A stretch of DNA of 64,000 nt from Akkermansiaceae bacterium (GTDB lineage: Bacteria > Verrucomicrobiota > Verrucomicrobiia > Verrucomicrobiales > Akkermansiaceae). Position 1 is the stretch's first letter; every line of letters begins with the position of its first letter. The notes under the pieces are model-generated. The model did no database searches. It was not told the origin of the DNA and worked only from the letters and a program-made list of their open reading frames with translations. The translations under genes and the position numbers were made by a program. The stretch lies in the NCBI GenBank assembly GCA_051251915.1, contig JBPOGF010000021.1, positions 1-64,000 on the forward strand, written 5' to 3'. Below, one piece after another: positions 30,220-42,200 of this stretch.

Positions 30220-31467
30220 ATGTGGAATCAGATTAGTAGACATATGAGAATTCTCCACACGGCGGACTGGCACATTGGTAAAAAGCTTTATGGACGGCAA
30301 AGATTTGCTGAACATAGTGGTTTTTTAAATTGGCTACTTGAGGCCCTAGTGAACGAGAAAGTAGACGGACTAATCGTTGCTGGTGATATTTTCGACACCG
30401 CCAACCCAAGCGAACAATCTCGCAAAATCTACCAAGAATTCCTAGCCCAAGCATGTAAGAAATGTGACTGGATCGTCATCACTGGTGGTAATCATGATTC
30501 ACCATCCGTCCTCAATGGCTCACGAGAACTCCTCCATCATCTAAATATCCACGTAGTAGGCAAAAAATGTGAAAATCTAGAAGATGAACTTGTAGAAATC
30601 AAAAACGCTAATGGAGAGACCTCTGCCTACATCGCCGCCGTCCCCTACCTCAGAGACAGAGATCTACGCCAGTCAACCGCAGGAGAATCAGAACAACAAA
30701 AAGAAAAAAACCTCCGCCACGGAATCAAAGCCCACTACGACGCCCTAGCAAACCTCATCCAGAAAAAACGAGGCGAAACCAAAATCCCCACCATCGCCGT
30801 AGGCCACCTCTACGCAGCAGGATGCAACCCAGAAACTGAAGGCGATGGAGTCCGCGATCTCTACGTAGGCGGCCTCGGCCACGTGTCAGCAGAAACGTTT
30901 TCAACCGTCTATGATTATGTAGCGCTAGGCCATATTCACGTCCCACAAATTGTCGGTAAAAAAGAACACATCCGCTACTGCGGAGCCCCCATCCCCATGG
31001 GTTACGGTGAAGCAGGACAATCAAAACAAGTCATTCTGTTAGATTTCAAAGAGGACCAATCAGCAATGAAGTTAGAAATCCTAAAGATCCCAACATTTCA
31101 ATCTCTCAAGCGCATCAAAGGTGATCTCGAATCGATAAATCACCAGATCTCCCAACTAATAACCGAACAAAGCGATGCTTGGCTGGAAATCATTTATACC
31201 GGAGAAGCATTCCAAGGTGATTTAAAATCAGAAATATCAGCAATGATTGAAGGCTCAGCCTTAGAGGTGCTTAAAGTCGAAAACAGAACCATAAGACAAC
31301 GAACGATGCAAGCTGCCAACGCAGATGAAACCTTAGACCAACTGTCCGTCACAGAAGTCTTCGAGCGCTGCCTAACTGACCACGATGTCGCACAAGAAGA
31401 ACGCCAAGAACTAAGACAAGCCTACAACCAAATCACAAACCTAGTAGAATCGGAGGCAATCAGATAA
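30220..31467 (+). CDS. sbcD: Exonuclease SbcCD subunit D (likely start ATG 30244)
   Basis: LHTADWHIG, AGDIFD, GNHDS, ALGHIH. Confidence 0.95.
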   Translation: MWNQISRHMRILHTADWHIGKKLYGRQRFAEHSGFLNWLLEALVNEKVDGLIVAGDIFDTANPSEQSRKIYQEFLAQACKKCDWIVITGGNHDSPSVLNGSRELLHHLNIHVVGKKCENLEDELVEIKNANGETSAYIAAVPYLRDRDLRQSTAGESEQQKEKNLRHGIKAHYDALANLIQKKRGETKIPTIAVGHLYAAGCNPETEGDGVRDLYVGGLGHVSAETFSTVYDYVALGHIHVPQIVGKKEHIRYCGAPIPMGYGEAGQSKQVILLDFKEDQSAMKLEILKIPTFQSLKRIKGDLESINHQISQLITEQSDAWLEIIYTGEAFQGDLKSEISAMIEGSALEVLKVENRTIRQRTMQAANADETLDQLSVTEVFERCLTDHDVAQEERQELRQAYNQITNLVESEAIR

Positions 31468-31468
31468 C

Positions 31469-34400
31469 ATGAAAATCCTCAAACTACGCTTCCAAAACCT
31501 AAACTCACTCTACGGAAACTGGGAAATCGACTTCACCTCCCCAGAGATCCAAGACTCCGGCCTCTTCGCCATCACGGGCCCCACAGGAGGAGGAAAATCC
31601 ACCATCCTGGACGCCATCTGCCTCGCCCTCTACGGAGAAACCCCTCGCCTAGACAGCATCAACGCCAACAGCAACGAGATAATGTCCAAGCACACCGGCG
31701 AGTGCCACTCAGAAATCGAATACGAAATAGGCAGCACACGCTACCTCTCAAAATGGTATCAAAAACGAGCCCGCGCCAAAGCCGACCAAAAACTACAAGC
31801 CGTCAAACGTGAGATCTCCCGCTGGAACGAACAGGACCAGAAATATGACCCACTCGCCGAAAAGCTCACTGCCGTAGGCGCTAAAGTTACCGAAGTCACA
31901 GGCATGGACTTCCAGCGCTTCACCCGCACCATCCTCCTCGCCCAAGGAAATTTCGCCGCATTCCTAAAAGCAGACGACGAAACCCGCTCCAAGCTCCTAG
32001 AGCAGATCACCGGCACAGACATCTACACCCAGATCTCCAAGAAAGTTCACGAAAGACACCGAGACGAGGAAACCAAACTCAAAGAAATCTCCATCCGCAT
32101 GGAAGGAGTCCAACTCCTCAGCGAAGACGAACTCAAACTCCACACCGCAGAACAAACCGACTTAAACACCGCAGTCAAACACCTCACCAACAAACGCCGC
32201 GACACCACAGAAAAGCTAACTTGGCTAAAAGGAATCTCAGACCGCGAGAAAAAACACCTGGAGAACAAAACCCTCATAGAGCACCACCTGACCATAGCCA
32301 AAGACTTCGAACCCAAGCAACTCCAACTAGAACAAGGAGAACGAGCCGCCAAAGTCCACCAAAGCTACCACAACGTCAGTGAAGGAAGAACAAATCTAGA
32401 ATCTCTCAAAACAAAACAGCAAACCCTCTCCCAGCAAATTACCCAACAAAAAACTGAACTAGCCACAGCACAAAAACTCCTCACCACAGCCCAAGAAGCC
32501 CACCAAGCCAAAGAAACATTCATCTCCCAGCAACGCCCACTCTGGACAGAAGTCCGCGCCCTAGACACCCAGCTAGACAGCCTCAACTCACAAGTAAAAT
32601 ACGCACAGCAAAAAGTCACCCACACAACAAAATCCCACACCCAAGAACAACAAACAGGAACCACCCTCACCAACAAAAAGTCCGCACTAGAAGCCGAGCT
32701 CGCAACCACCCAAGAATACCTAGAAAACAACACCGCAGACGAACAAGCTGCCACCAGCATCGAACTCATCCAAGGCCTCGTCACGCAATGGCAAAGAGCC
32801 GATCATCAACAAAACAAACTCACCTCAGAAGCCACCAACCTCACCGAGAGAATCACCAAAGGAAAACTCCTAATCGCGCAACAAACCGATGAAGTTACCC
32901 GCGCCACCAAATCACTCGCAGACACCGAAACAAACCTCACAAAAGCTCAACAAACCCTCACCAGCCTACTTGATGGAAAACTTACCCGTGAGTATGAAAA
33001 ACAACTCACCCACCTCAACGAAAAACAAGAACTAGAGCTTAGAATCCAATCTCTAGAACAACATCGTCACAGCCTCACACTAGGAGACCAGTGCCCACTA
33101 TGTGGCTCAAAAGACCACCCATATATCGATCCCCAAAACGGCCAACAACGTGAAAGCAAAGTCTCCCTAATCAAAACCCAGATCACCGCACTAAACACAC
33201 TCCTCTCCTCCATCACAGAATCGGAAAAAACCATTACCGCTGCCCAAAACACCAGAGAAACAGCCACCATCCAACTCAAGTCACAAACCGAAAAGCTCCA
33301 AGACTACCAAGCCAGACTCACCGAACGAGAAGACCAACAGAAAGCACTAACCACAGAAACAGAAGCATCCAAAACCAACCTCACCCAACTAGAAACCGAC
33401 CTCAAAACCCGCCTAGCAAAACTATCCCACATAACAGAAAACACCAAGCTCACATCCCCACTATTAGACTCCATCACAAAAGACCTCACCCAAAGAGGCT
33501 CACGCTGGCAAGAAGCCACTAAAAAAGCAGACCCCATCAAATCCTCACTCCAACAAATCACCCTAGAAATCAGCAAACACCAAGAACGCAGCAAAAGCCT
33601 CAAAGAATCACTTCAAACTCAAGCCAAAGAACTCCAAGCACAACAACAAACACTAGCCACAGCCCAACAACAAAGAGAACAGAAATTCTCCACCAAGATC
33701 GTCAATGAAGTCGAAGCGCAAACCACAGCCGAACTAAAATCCCTCACCGAGCAACTCACCACCACAAAAACCACCCACCACACCGCAGAGAAAATACTAG
33801 CCCAAACCGAACAAAGCCAGAAAGACACATCTCAACAACTTACCGACACCCAGAAAAAACTCTCAGAAGCCACAGCCACCTACACCCTAGCACTAGAAAA
33901 ACAGAGCTTCGCAGACGAACCCTCATTCCTACAAGCCCTCCTAGACGAGCCAACCCTCACTAAACTCCGAGCTCAAGAAGAATCCATCAAAACAGAATGG
34001 AACAGGCTACAAACCCTAGCCACCAACCTCGAACAAGAACTACAAGCAGAACGTGAAAAAGCACTCACCAAAGAATCACCAGAAGACCTCACCACCCTAC
34101 TAAATGATCAAGAAACACAACTCACCGAAAAAAACCAACACCTAGGCAAAATCCAACAACGCCTCAAAACACACACAGACAACCTTAAACGCCAAGCCGC
34201 AGACGCCGAGAAACTCGCAACACAACAACAAGCCCTCAAAGTCTGGAAACAACTACACGGTCTAATCGGCTCCCTCGACGGTAAAAAATTCCGCAACTAC
34301 GCCCAAGGCTTAACCTTCGAATGGGTAGTCAATTTAGCCAACACCAAACTCCAAACCATCAGCGACCGCTACCTACTCACCCGCGACACAGACGCCCCAC

Positions 34401-34762
34401 TCCAGCTCAACGTCCTGGATAACTACCAAGGCGGCCAAGAACGCTCCACAAAAAACCTCAGCGGCGGTGAAAGCTTCATCATCAGTCTCGCCCTAGCACT
34501 CGGACTCTCACAAATGGTTAGCGATAACATCCAAATGGATTCCCTATTCCTCGATGAAGGCTTCGGAACCCTAGACGAAGAAACACTCGAAATGGCAATG
34601 GACGCACTCAGCGCCCTACGCCAAGACGGAAAACTCATCGGAGTCATCTCCCACGTCCAAGAACTAAAAGAACGCCTCACCACCCAGATCATCGTCACAC
34701 CAACAACCGGAGGCAAGAGCACTCTTTCAGGCGCAGGTATTAACTCCTCTTCTATTTCTTGA
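31469..34762 (+). CDS. sbcC: Exonuclease SbcCD subunit C
   Basis: GPTGGGKS, CPLCGS zinc hook, LSGGE, FLDEGFG. Confidence 0.95.
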   Translation: MKILKLRFQNLNSLYGNWEIDFTSPEIQDSGLFAITGPTGGGKSTILDAICLALYGETPRLDSINANSNEIMSKHTGECHSEIEYEIGSTRYLSKWYQKRARAKADQKLQAVKREISRWNEQDQKYDPLAEKLTAVGAKVTEVTGMDFQRFTRTILLAQGNFAAFLKADDETRSKLLEQITGTDIYTQISKKVHERHRDEETKLKEISIRMEGVQLLSEDELKLHTAEQTDLNTAVKHLTNKRRDTTEKLTWLKGISDREKKHLENKTLIEHHLTIAKDFEPKQLQLEQGERAAKVHQSYHNVSEGRTNLESLKTKQQTLSQQITQQKTELATAQKLLTTAQEAHQAKETFISQQRPLWTEVRALDTQLDSLNSQVKYAQQKVTHTTKSHTQEQQTGTTLTNKKSALEAELATTQEYLENNTADEQAATSIELIQGLVTQWQRADHQQNKLTSEATNLTERITKGKLLIAQQTDEVTRATKSLADTETNLTKAQQTLTSLLDGKLTREYEKQLTHLNEKQELELRIQSLEQHRHSLTLGDQCPLCGSKDHPYIDPQNGQQRESKVSLIKTQITALNTLLSSITESEKTITAAQNTRETATIQLKSQTEKLQDYQARLTEREDQQKALTTETEASKTNLTQLETDLKTRLAKLSHITENTKLTSPLLDSITKDLTQRGSRWQEATKKADPIKSSLQQITLEISKHQERSKSLKESLQTQAKELQAQQQTLATAQQQREQKFSTKIVNEVEAQTTAELKSLTEQLTTTKTTHHTAEKILAQTEQSQKDTSQQLTDTQKKLSEATATYTLALEKQSFADEPSFLQALLDEPTLTKLRAQEESIKTEWNRLQTLATNLEQELQAEREKALTKESPEDLTTLLNDQETQLTEKNQHLGKIQQRLKTHTDNLKRQAADAEKLATQQQALKVWKQLHGLIGSLDGKKFRNYAQGLTFEWVVNLANTKLQTISDRYLLTRDTDAPLQLNVLDNYQGGQERSTKNLSGGESFIISLALALGLSQMVSDNIQMDSLFLDEGFGTLDEETLEMAMDALSALRQDGKLIGVISHVQELKERLTTQIIVTPTTGGKSTLSGAGINSSSIS

Positions 34763-35339
34763 TCGTGCTATTATTGATCGTGCTCAATTCTCCATCTACA
34801 AAACCCACAGACTTACCACTTGTCCCATCACCTGTTGGCATCGATACATTCCAGTAGTGGTGTGCTTGATCCTTGTTTTTATAGTCGTTTCTTAAATTGT
34901 AATTAACATAGAGTTTCTCAACTGTAGGCCCAAACTCAAGCGCGGTAAGCGCTTTCTCAGTCTTATCAATAACCCCTTCAATCACCACATCTTTAGGTGC
35001 TGGAACCTTACTAAAATCCAACTCCTTGAATACTTTGGTAGTCCCAATTTCACGAGAGCTATAATACTGTTTCCCGTTATTCATACTTATCGTGTGAAGT
35101 AAGGTCCCGCCATCATAGAAAGTGAATGAGTAAGTATTTCTTTCTTCCGATAGTGAGCAGGAACTCAGATACAGTTTTACTTTATCTGCCTGAGGCGCTA
35201 TCTGAGCATGCTGTAATGCTTTATCCAAGGCATCAGCTATCGTCATCTTTTCCGTTGTAGTCGCTGTTTGAGAAAATACGGTTGCCATACTTAAATACAT
35301 GGCACTTACAATTAGTGATAATATCATTTTTATATTCAT
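34752..35339 (-). CDS. Secreted hypothetical protein
   Basis: Signal peptide; 195-aa ORF. Confidence 0.65.
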   Translation of the reverse strand: MNIKMILSLIVSAMYLSMATVFSQTATTTEKMTIADALDKALQHAQIAPQADKVKLYLSSCSLSEERNTYSFTFYDGGTLLHTISMNNGKQYYSSREIGTTKVFKELDFSKVPAPKDVVIEGVIDKTEKALTALEFGPTVEKLYVNYNLRNDYKNKDQAHHYWNVSMPTGDGTSGKSVGFVDGELSTINNSTIKK

Positions 35340-35835
35340 AACACACTAACCTATAACAGCAATAATGACTTGTTTAAAGTGAAATCGTATTTATCCACAT
35401 TGAATAATATTCATCATGATCAATAACTAACTTCTCCCCTACCAAGCCACTAAACCAAATTGTTACTCTTCCTAGCCCCCCAATCAAATACCCTTTACAC
35501 CTTAACGTCTAGCCAAGCAAATAAGACAAATCACAAAGTAACTCTTCCTCCAATCTATATATACGCGACAACAATAGAGCGGATCGACAGAACCAAACCG
35601 TAAGCCCCCCCATACTGACAATCAGGAGCGAGAACAAAGTGATGCGAACACCATCACCGAGCAACAACGCAGTTAGAAAGAAACAACAAATACCCTAACG
35701 CATCCCCTCTCTCTGCCTACCCTCTCTAAATGTGAAACACTATCTAAAACACCTCTAAGAAACCATTTCTCTTAGTTACTTTACAGAGTGGCATGATATC
35801 CCCTAAAGAATATAGCCCCCCTTCAGACTAAGTGC

Positions 35836-35868
35836 AGTAGTAGAGCCTCCGCGAGAAGGCCCACTACT
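35836..35868 (-). terminator. Imperfect stem-loop downstream of recA
   Basis: AGTAGTAGAGCCT…AGGCCCACTACT. Confidence 0.45.
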
Positions 35869-35900
35869 ATCCTGATCTCTGATTTTTTACTTACAAACGG

Positions 35901-36941
35901 CTACTTACCTTTTTTATTCGCAAGCTCTTCCTTAACCTTCGCTTCGATTTCTAAGTATAGTTCATTGTTTTCTTTAAGAGCCTCCTTCGCAGCATCTCTA
36001 CCTTGAGCAAGCTGGTTTCCTTCATAGCTAAACCATGATCCACGCTTGATCACGATGTTATACTCTAACGCAAGGTCAAGAAGTGAGCCTACTGATGAGA
36101 TACCTTCAGAATACATGATATCAAATTCCGCTTCAGTGAACGGAGGAGCCACCTTGTTTTTAACGATTTTGATCTTAGTCCGGTTACCAGTCACAACACC
36201 ATCAGTTGACTTAATCTGACCAATACGGCGGATATCCACACGAACGGATGAGAAGAACTTTAGCGCACGACCACCAGGAGTAGTCTCTGGACTACCAAAC
36301 ATCACACCAATTTTCTCACGGATCTGGTTAGTAAAAATACAGCAAGTACGCGCCTTAGAAATGAAACTAGTCAACTTCCGCATAGCCGCTGACATGAGTC
36401 GAGCCTGAGCACCAACCGTAGAATCACCAATCTCGCCAGCAAGTTCCTGCTTAGTCACAAGAGCAGCAACTGAATCGAGAACTACCACATCAATCGCATT
36501 CGAACGAACAAGCGTCTCACAGATCTGCAGCGCCTCTTCACCAGATGACGGCTGAGACACTAGCAAATCATCCATATTAACTCCAAGTTTCTGCGCATAT
36601 TGTGGATCCAAAGCGTGCTCCACATCGATAAACGCCGCTAAACCACCCAGCCTCTGAGCTTGAGCGATAACCGTAAGTGTTAGAGTCGTCTTACCAGATG
36701 ACTCCGGTCCATATACCTCTACAATTCTCCCGCGTGGAAATCCACCAACTCCAAGCGCACGGTCAATCAGAAGATTCCCCGTCGGGATCACATCCACATC
36801 GATACAGTTCTCATCTCCCATACGCATGATAGCAGCTTCGCCAAATTCCTTTTGAATGTGAGTAATCGCAAGATCTAGGTTCTTCTTGCGTGCTTCTGCG
36901 ATCTTCTCCGCCGCCTTCTCTGCTGCTGTTTCTTTAGCCAT
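35901..36941 (-). CDS. recA: Recombinase A
   Basis: [44 protein letters not shown]. Confidence 0.99.
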   Translation of the reverse strand: MAKETAAEKAAEKIAEARKKNLDLAITHIQKEFGEAAIMRMGDENCIDVDVIPTGNLLIDRALGVGGFPRGRIVEVYGPESSGKTTLTLTVIAQAQRLGGLAAFIDVEHALDPQYAQKLGVNMDDLLVSQPSSGEEALQICETLVRSNAIDVVVLDSVAALVTKQELAGEIGDSTVGAQARLMSAAMRKLTSFISKARTCCIFTNQIREKIGVMFGSPETTPGGRALKFFSSVRVDIRRIGQIKSTDGVVTGNRTKIKIVKNKVAPPFTEAEFDIMYSEGISSVGSLLDLALEYNIVIKRGSWFSYEGNQLAQGRDAAKEALKENNELYLEIEAKVKEELANKKGK

Positions 36942-37035
36942 AATCGTAATTGTTGTTTGAGTCTTATAAGTAGTTAGTTAGGTAAATATGAGCACATCAG
37001 GCTCGTCTTGATGACTGAAAACTACCCCAAACTAG

Positions 37036-37070
37036 TGTTCATAGCAACAAAAAAGGTGTTCACTGGAACA
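37036..37070. promoter_or_regulatory. Tandem LexA (SOS) boxes, Verrucomicrobia type TGTTC-N4-GAACA
   Basis: TGTTC-ACTG-GAACA at 37057-37070 (perfect) and TGTTC-ATAG-CAACA at 37036-37049, upstream of recA. Confidence 0.85.
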
Positions 37071-37344
37071 TTTTTGTTAATTTCATGCCCACTTTCTTGA
37101 TAACCCCTAGCTTAACCCCCTTAAGAAAAAAACTTACCCCTAGTAGATTTACAGAGCCATTTACAGAGTCCATACCGAAGTCATAACCAGTAACCTTGTA
37201 CTGAATAGTGAAACAAATAAGCCAAATACCGCAGCGTCATTACCCCTACCCATGTCAGTATCCGCAGTAAGTAATGCCGATATTTACAACCTCCATTTTT
37301 CATTTAAGATTGTTGCATGAGCTTCAGTGTGTAGCTTTTGAACT

Positions 37345-38769
37345 ATGGATACTGAGGAGCCTAACAACGGGGAACATGAGGACAAAAATGGCGGCGTAGA
37401 GCTAATAGAACCTACAGAATCCACCCCGCGGTGGAAACTATTGACCGAGGCGGTAGACGCCAATGACGTCGAGGCAGCTCATAACATACTAGAGGCCGCA
37501 ACCGTTGATGATCAGCGCCGTATGGTCAGCCAACTCGACTCAGAACACCGAGATGCACTCTGCGCTATGTTGCCAGTGGATGAAGCCGCTGAGCTCATCG
37601 AACACATGGCAGAGGCCCAAGCGGTAGAGATGCTCGAAGAAATGCCCGCAGAACGCGCCGCAGACGTCTTGGAAGAACTAGGCCCAGACGCCAGTGGTGA
37701 CCTCCTCCGTGAACTAGATGAAGACAGCAGTGAAGCCATCCTCGCAGAGTTCGATGACTCAGAGGAAAGTGACGAGATTCGCGAGCGTGTCGGCTACGAG
37801 TGGGACAGCGCCGGCGGCCTAATGTCTGACCGCGTCGTATCATTCAGAGAAACCACCACCGTCGCCGAAGTCCTCACCGAACTAGGCGACCACGCCGAGG
37901 ACTACACCGACGACGAGGTCCAATATTTCTACGTTGTAGATGAAATGGAAAAACTCAAAGGAGTTCTCGCATTGAGAAACCTCGTTCTAGGCCGCCGCGC
38001 ACTTGAAATCGGATCGCTTATGATCAAGGACCCTGCCTCAGTCCCAGTCGATATGGAGCTTGAAGACCTCCACGACATGTTCGAGAACAAAAACTACCTC
38101 GCCTTCCCTGTAGTTGACGCCGATGGCAAACTCCGCGGAATCGTAACCAGAGACGCCATGCAAGAAGCTCTCTCAGACACCCAGACAGACAGCTACTTGA
38201 AATCCAGCGGTATCGTCGGAGGGGAAGAACTCCGCAGTATGCCACTAAAAGAGCGCTGCATCAGACGCCTCGCATGGCTCGGACCCAATATTTTACTCAA
38301 CCTCCTCGCCGCCAGTATCATCGCCAGCTACGAAGACACCCTACAAGCAGTCATCGCCCTCGCTGTATTCCTGCCAATGGTATCCGACATGAGCGGCTGC
38401 TCAGGAAACCAAGCCGGCGCAGTCAGCATCCGCGAGCTAACTCTCGGCATCATCCAACCACGAGATTATGTCCGCGTGCTATTTAAAGAAATCTGGCTCG
38501 GCCTCAACAACGGAATCGTCCTTGGAATCGTCCTTGGAACCATCGCCGCAGTATGGAAGGGCAATGTCTTCCTCGGTCTCGTCATCGGTGGAGCTCTAGC
38601 TCTAAATACCATCATATCCGTAACCATCGGCGGCCTAGTCCCACTCTTGCTCAAGCGCTTCAAAGTCGACCCTGCACTCGCCTCTGGACCCATCCTCACC
38701 ACATGCACCGACATGAGCGGCTTCTTCCTCGTCCTAAGCTTGGCAAATATGGCGATGAGCCAGCTGTAA
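37345..38769 (+). CDS. mgtE: Magnesium transporter MgtE
   Basis: Acidic N-domain, CBS pair, SGCSGNQ, DPALASGPILTTCTD. Confidence 0.95.
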   Translation: MDTEEPNNGEHEDKNGGVELIEPTESTPRWKLLTEAVDANDVEAAHNILEAATVDDQRRMVSQLDSEHRDALCAMLPVDEAAELIEHMAEAQAVEMLEEMPAERAADVLEELGPDASGDLLRELDEDSSEAILAEFDDSEESDEIRERVGYEWDSAGGLMSDRVVSFRETTTVAEVLTELGDHAEDYTDDEVQYFYVVDEMEKLKGVLALRNLVLGRRALEIGSLMIKDPASVPVDMELEDLHDMFENKNYLAFPVVDADGKLRGIVTRDAMQEALSDTQTDSYLKSSGIVGGEELRSMPLKERCIRRLAWLGPNILLNLLAASIIASYEDTLQAVIALAVFLPMVSDMSGCSGNQAGAVSIRELTLGIIQPRDYVRVLFKEIWLGLNNGIVLGIVLGTIAAVWKGNVFLGLVIGGALALNTIISVTIGGLVPLLLKRFKVDPALASGPILTTCTDMSGFFLVLSLANMAMSQL

Positions 38770-38865
38770 CTCCCACGTAACCTCCCCTATAATAAGCAAC
38801 TAAATCAGTTTGAAGAAAAATTTCCCTTTCCAAATCCTGATTTCCGTCTTAATTCAACTTTAACC

Positions 38866-41457
38866 ATGTCAAAGACGCTCATTATCGCAGAAAAACCTTC
38901 CGTAGCGACGGACCTCTCTAAATCCCTAGCCAAAGCACCCAATGTGGGCAAATTTGAAAAGAAAGGAAAAGGTCGCGACTATTATTTTGAGAATGACACC
39001 CACGTGATCACCTCTGCCGTTGGTCACCTTGTTGAGCTGAAAATGCCCACCGGCCCAAATGGTAAAAACCTTCCATGGAAATTCGACGTGCTACCAGCCG
39101 TCCCTAAAAAATTCGAACTCCAACCAATCGAACAATCTGAGACCCGCCTCAAGCAAGTCCTCCGACTAGCCCGTCGCAAAGACGTCTCCGCAATCGTTAA
39201 TGCATGCGATGCCGGCCGTGAGGGAGAGTTAATTTTCAACTACATCCTCGAACTCGGCAAAATCGATAAACCAGTCCAGCGCCTCTGGATGCAGTCCATG
39301 ACCAACAACGCCATCCTTGAAGCCTGGGGCAAAATGCGCAGCGCTGATCAGATGAAAAACCTCGGCGACGCCGCCAAATGCCGCTCCGAATCCGACTGGC
39401 TCGTTGGCCTCAACTCAACCCGAGCACTCACCTGCTTCCGTTCACGCCACGGTGGATTCAACATCACTTCAGCTGGCCGCGTTCAAACACCCACACTCGC
39501 CATCCTAGCCAAACGCGAGAAAGAAATCCGCGCATTCGAACCCACACCATACGCAGAAGTCCACGCCGACTTCGGAGTTTCCGCCGGAAATTACGATGGC
39601 CGATGGATAGACACCACATGGGCGAAAGACCCAGCCAACCCACACTCCAGAGCCGAGCGCATCTGGGACAAATCACTAGCAGAGCAGATCGCAGAACGAT
39701 GCACCGGCAAAACTGGAACCGTCACCGAGACCAAAAAGCCAACCAAACAAGCACCCGCTCAACTCTACGATCTCACCACCCTCCAGCGTGAAGCATCCAG
39801 CCGCTTCGGATTCTCAGCGCGCAACACCCTCCGCATCGCCCAAGCACTCTACGAGCGCCATAAAATGCTCACCTACCCAAGAACTGACTCCCGCTACCTT
39901 CCAGAAGATTACGTCGGTGAAGTAAAGTCAGCCATCGGAGCCGTGGCCAAGGACCACGAGCCTCTCGCCCCCTACGCTAAGCACATCTTAGACAAAGGGC
40001 TCCTCATCCCGACCAAGCGCGTCTTCAACAACGCCAAAATCTCTGATCACTTTGCCATCATTCCTACTGGCAGATTCGTGAAATTATCACCAGATGAAGC
40101 CAAACTCTTCGACCTCGTCTGCAAAAGATTTCTCTCCATCTTCTACCCGTCCGCAGTCTTCGAGAATACCCGCAGACTCACCGCCATTGACCACGGAAAT
40201 GAGACAGACACCTTCCTCACCACAGGTAAGGTACTAGTCGAGCCTGGATTCCTAGAAGTCTACGGCAGACAAGTAGGCGTAGCTGCTGGTAAAGACGAGC
40301 TATGTCCAGTCAACGAAGGCGAAGAAGCCAGCGTAGACCACATCGAAGTCAAAGACGATGAGACCCGCCCACCAGCAAGATTCAACGAAGCCACCCTCCT
40401 ATCAGCCATGGAAGGCGCAGGCAAAACCATCGAAGACGATGAACTCCGCGAAGCCATGGCAGAACGCGGACTAGGAACTCCGGCAACACGTGCATCCATT
40501 ATCGAAGCACTACTCCGCCAGAAATACATCCTCCGTGACGGCCGTGACATCCACGTCACCGCCAATGGCCTCCGCCTCATCGAGACACTCCTCGGCTTCG
40601 GCGTAGACACCCTTACCTCCGCATCTATGACCGGCGAATGGGAATACAAACTCCACCAAATGGAGCACGGCAAACTCACCCGCCAGGAATTCATGCAAGA
40701 AATCATCAACTTCACAGAAGACATCGTGGAGAAGGCGAAGAAACGCGCAGAATACCTCAAAAACAAAAGCTTCCCAGACATCAAGGCACCATGCCCTAAA
40801 TGCCAAGCACCCACCCTCAAGCAGACAGACGCCACCTACGAGTGTCACGAGCCAGAGTGTGACTTCCGCATGGGCAAACACATCGCCAGTCGTCTACTAG
40901 AAGAAAAAGAAGCCAACGAACTCTTCACCAAAGGAATGGTCGGACCACTCGAAGGATTCAAATCTCGCTTCAACAAACCCTTCGACGCCGCACTCGTCCT
41001 CGACAAGAAATTCAAAGTCACCTTCGACTTCGGTAACGACGACGAAGAAGTGGAACTCGATGACACCATGATCATCGGCTCCTTCACCCAAGACGACAAA
41101 GAATACAAAGTCTACGAAACAGAGAAATTCTACCGCGTCCCAGAACTCAAAACCAAAAAAGAAGAGAACGGCATCAAGATCTCCAAGATCCTACTCCAGC
41201 AGCCAGTAAGCGCAGCAGACGCACTCCTCATGTTCCAAGGCGAGAAGAGCTCACTCATGACCGACTTCGTTTCAAACAGAACCAAACGCAAGTTCAAAGC
41301 TCATCTCCTCTACGACTTCAAAGCTAGCCGCCCAGTCTTCGAGTTCCTACCACGCGAAGCCAAGAAGACAGCGAAAAAAGCCGCTAAGAAAACAGCCAAA
41401 AAGACAGCAAAGAAAGCCGCTAAAAAGGCAGCCAAAAAAGCTCCTAAAAAGGACTAA
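38866..41457 (+). CDS. topB: Type IA DNA topoisomerase III with Lys/Ala-rich tail
   Basis: [38 protein letters not shown]. Confidence 0.88.
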   Translation: MSKTLIIAEKPSVATDLSKSLAKAPNVGKFEKKGKGRDYYFENDTHVITSAVGHLVELKMPTGPNGKNLPWKFDVLPAVPKKFELQPIEQSETRLKQVLRLARRKDVSAIVNACDAGREGELIFNYILELGKIDKPVQRLWMQSMTNNAILEAWGKMRSADQMKNLGDAAKCRSESDWLVGLNSTRALTCFRSRHGGFNITSAGRVQTPTLAILAKREKEIRAFEPTPYAEVHADFGVSAGNYDGRWIDTTWAKDPANPHSRAERIWDKSLAEQIAERCTGKTGTVTETKKPTKQAPAQLYDLTTLQREASSRFGFSARNTLRIAQALYERHKMLTYPRTDSRYLPEDYVGEVKSAIGAVAKDHEPLAPYAKHILDKGLLIPTKRVFNNAKISDHFAIIPTGRFVKLSPDEAKLFDLVCKRFLSIFYPSAVFENTRRLTAIDHGNETDTFLTTGKVLVEPGFLEVYGRQVGVAAGKDELCPVNEGEEASVDHIEVKDDETRPPARFNEATLLSAMEGAGKTIEDDELREAMAERGLGTPATRASIIEALLRQKYILRDGRDIHVTANGLRLIETLLGFGVDTLTSASMTGEWEYKLHQMEHGKLTRQEFMQEIINFTEDIVEKAKKRAEYLKNKSFPDIKAPCPKCQAPTLKQTDATYECHEPECDFRMGKHIASRLLEEKEANELFTKGMVGPLEGFKSRFNKPFDAALVLDKKFKVTFDFGNDDEEVELDDTMIIGSFTQDDKEYKVYETEKFYRVPELKTKKEENGIKISKILLQQPVSAADALLMFQGEKSSLMTDFVSNRTKRKFKAHLLYDFKASRPVFEFLPREAKKTAKKAAKKTAKKTAKKAAKKAAKKAPKKD
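41359..41454 (+). repeat. In-frame (A/T)AKK repeat, histone-like tail
   Basis: [32 protein letters not shown]. Confidence 0.9.
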
Positions 41458-41476
41458 TTCTAGTAATTATCAAAAC

Positions 41477-41512
41477 AAACGCCTTAGACCTGAAAAGATC
41501 TAAAGCGTTTTT
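41477..41512. terminator. Terminator hairpin between convergent topB and pyrE
   Basis: AAACGCCTTAGACCT-GAAA-AGATCTAAAGCGTTT. Confidence 0.7.
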
Positions 41513-41534
41513 GATTTTATAACTGAGTCGCAGA

Positions 41535-42098
41535 TTACAACAACGTACTACGCGAGTAGAGACTCACCACTGGCACTCCCCTAGCTTCAATCGCTGCGCG
41601 TCCACCTTCTTCCCTATCTACTAGGATAAGCGCAAACTTCACCTTTCCACCAGCTTTCTCAATCGCCTCAATAGCCTGAATAGTAGAACCACCCGTAGTG
41701 ATCACATCATCCACCACGATGACTTCGTCACCCTCCTTAAAATTCCCTTCAATCTGCTTCCCTCTACCATGCCCCTTAGGTTCTTTACGGATATTGAAGA
41801 CCTGGATCATCTCCTCCGGATGCTCCATCGCTGAAGTCATACCCACAGCGAGCGAAATAGGGTCTGCCCCCATTGTCATACCGCCAATCGCATCAATACT
41901 CAGCCCTTCAGACTGAATCCTCTCCCGCACTGTCGCCCACCCAAGCTTACCTACTAATCTAGCTCCCACAGGATCTAGCGCAGTGACCCTACAATCAATG
42001 TAGAGATCAGATTTCTTACCGGATGCGAGAGTAAACTCACCGGTCCTAACAGATTTTTCTAACAACAGGCCCTTTAGCTGATCATATGTTTCTGACAT
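41535..42098 (-). CDS. pyrE: Orotate phosphoribosyltransferase
   Basis: FTLASGKKS..YIDCR, RKEPKGHG, VVDDVITTGGS. Confidence 0.96.
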   Translation of the reverse strand: MSETYDQLKGLLLEKSVRTGEFTLASGKKSDLYIDCRVTALDPVGARLVGKLGWATVRERIQSEGLSIDAIGGMTMGADPISLAVGMTSAMEHPEEMIQVFNIRKEPKGHGRGKQIEGNFKEGDEVIVVDDVITTGGSTIQAIEAIEKAGGKVKFALILVDREEGGRAAIEARGVPVVSLYSRSTLL

Positions 42099-42137
42099 GC
42101 CAGCAGATTCACAGTAGAGGTTCTAAATGTAAATGAA

Positions 42138-42173
42138 AAATCCTAGTATCCGCATCACGGAATACTAGGATTT
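42138..42173 (-). terminator. Hairpin after the pilin cassette
   Basis: AAATCCTAGTAT…ATACTAGGATTT 12-bp perfect arms. Confidence 0.75.
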
Positions 42174-42200
42174 GAAATTTTCTACTAGGAGCTCAGTGCC

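Noticed and set aside
31759..34722. Series of minus-strand ORFs inside sbcC
   Set aside because: Antisense artefacts of the C/A-rich coding strand
35340..35900. 560-bp intergenic region as an ncRNA or riboswitch
   Set aside because: Only a short hairpin (GTGATG…CATCAC) and the recA terminator; no recognisable RNA family
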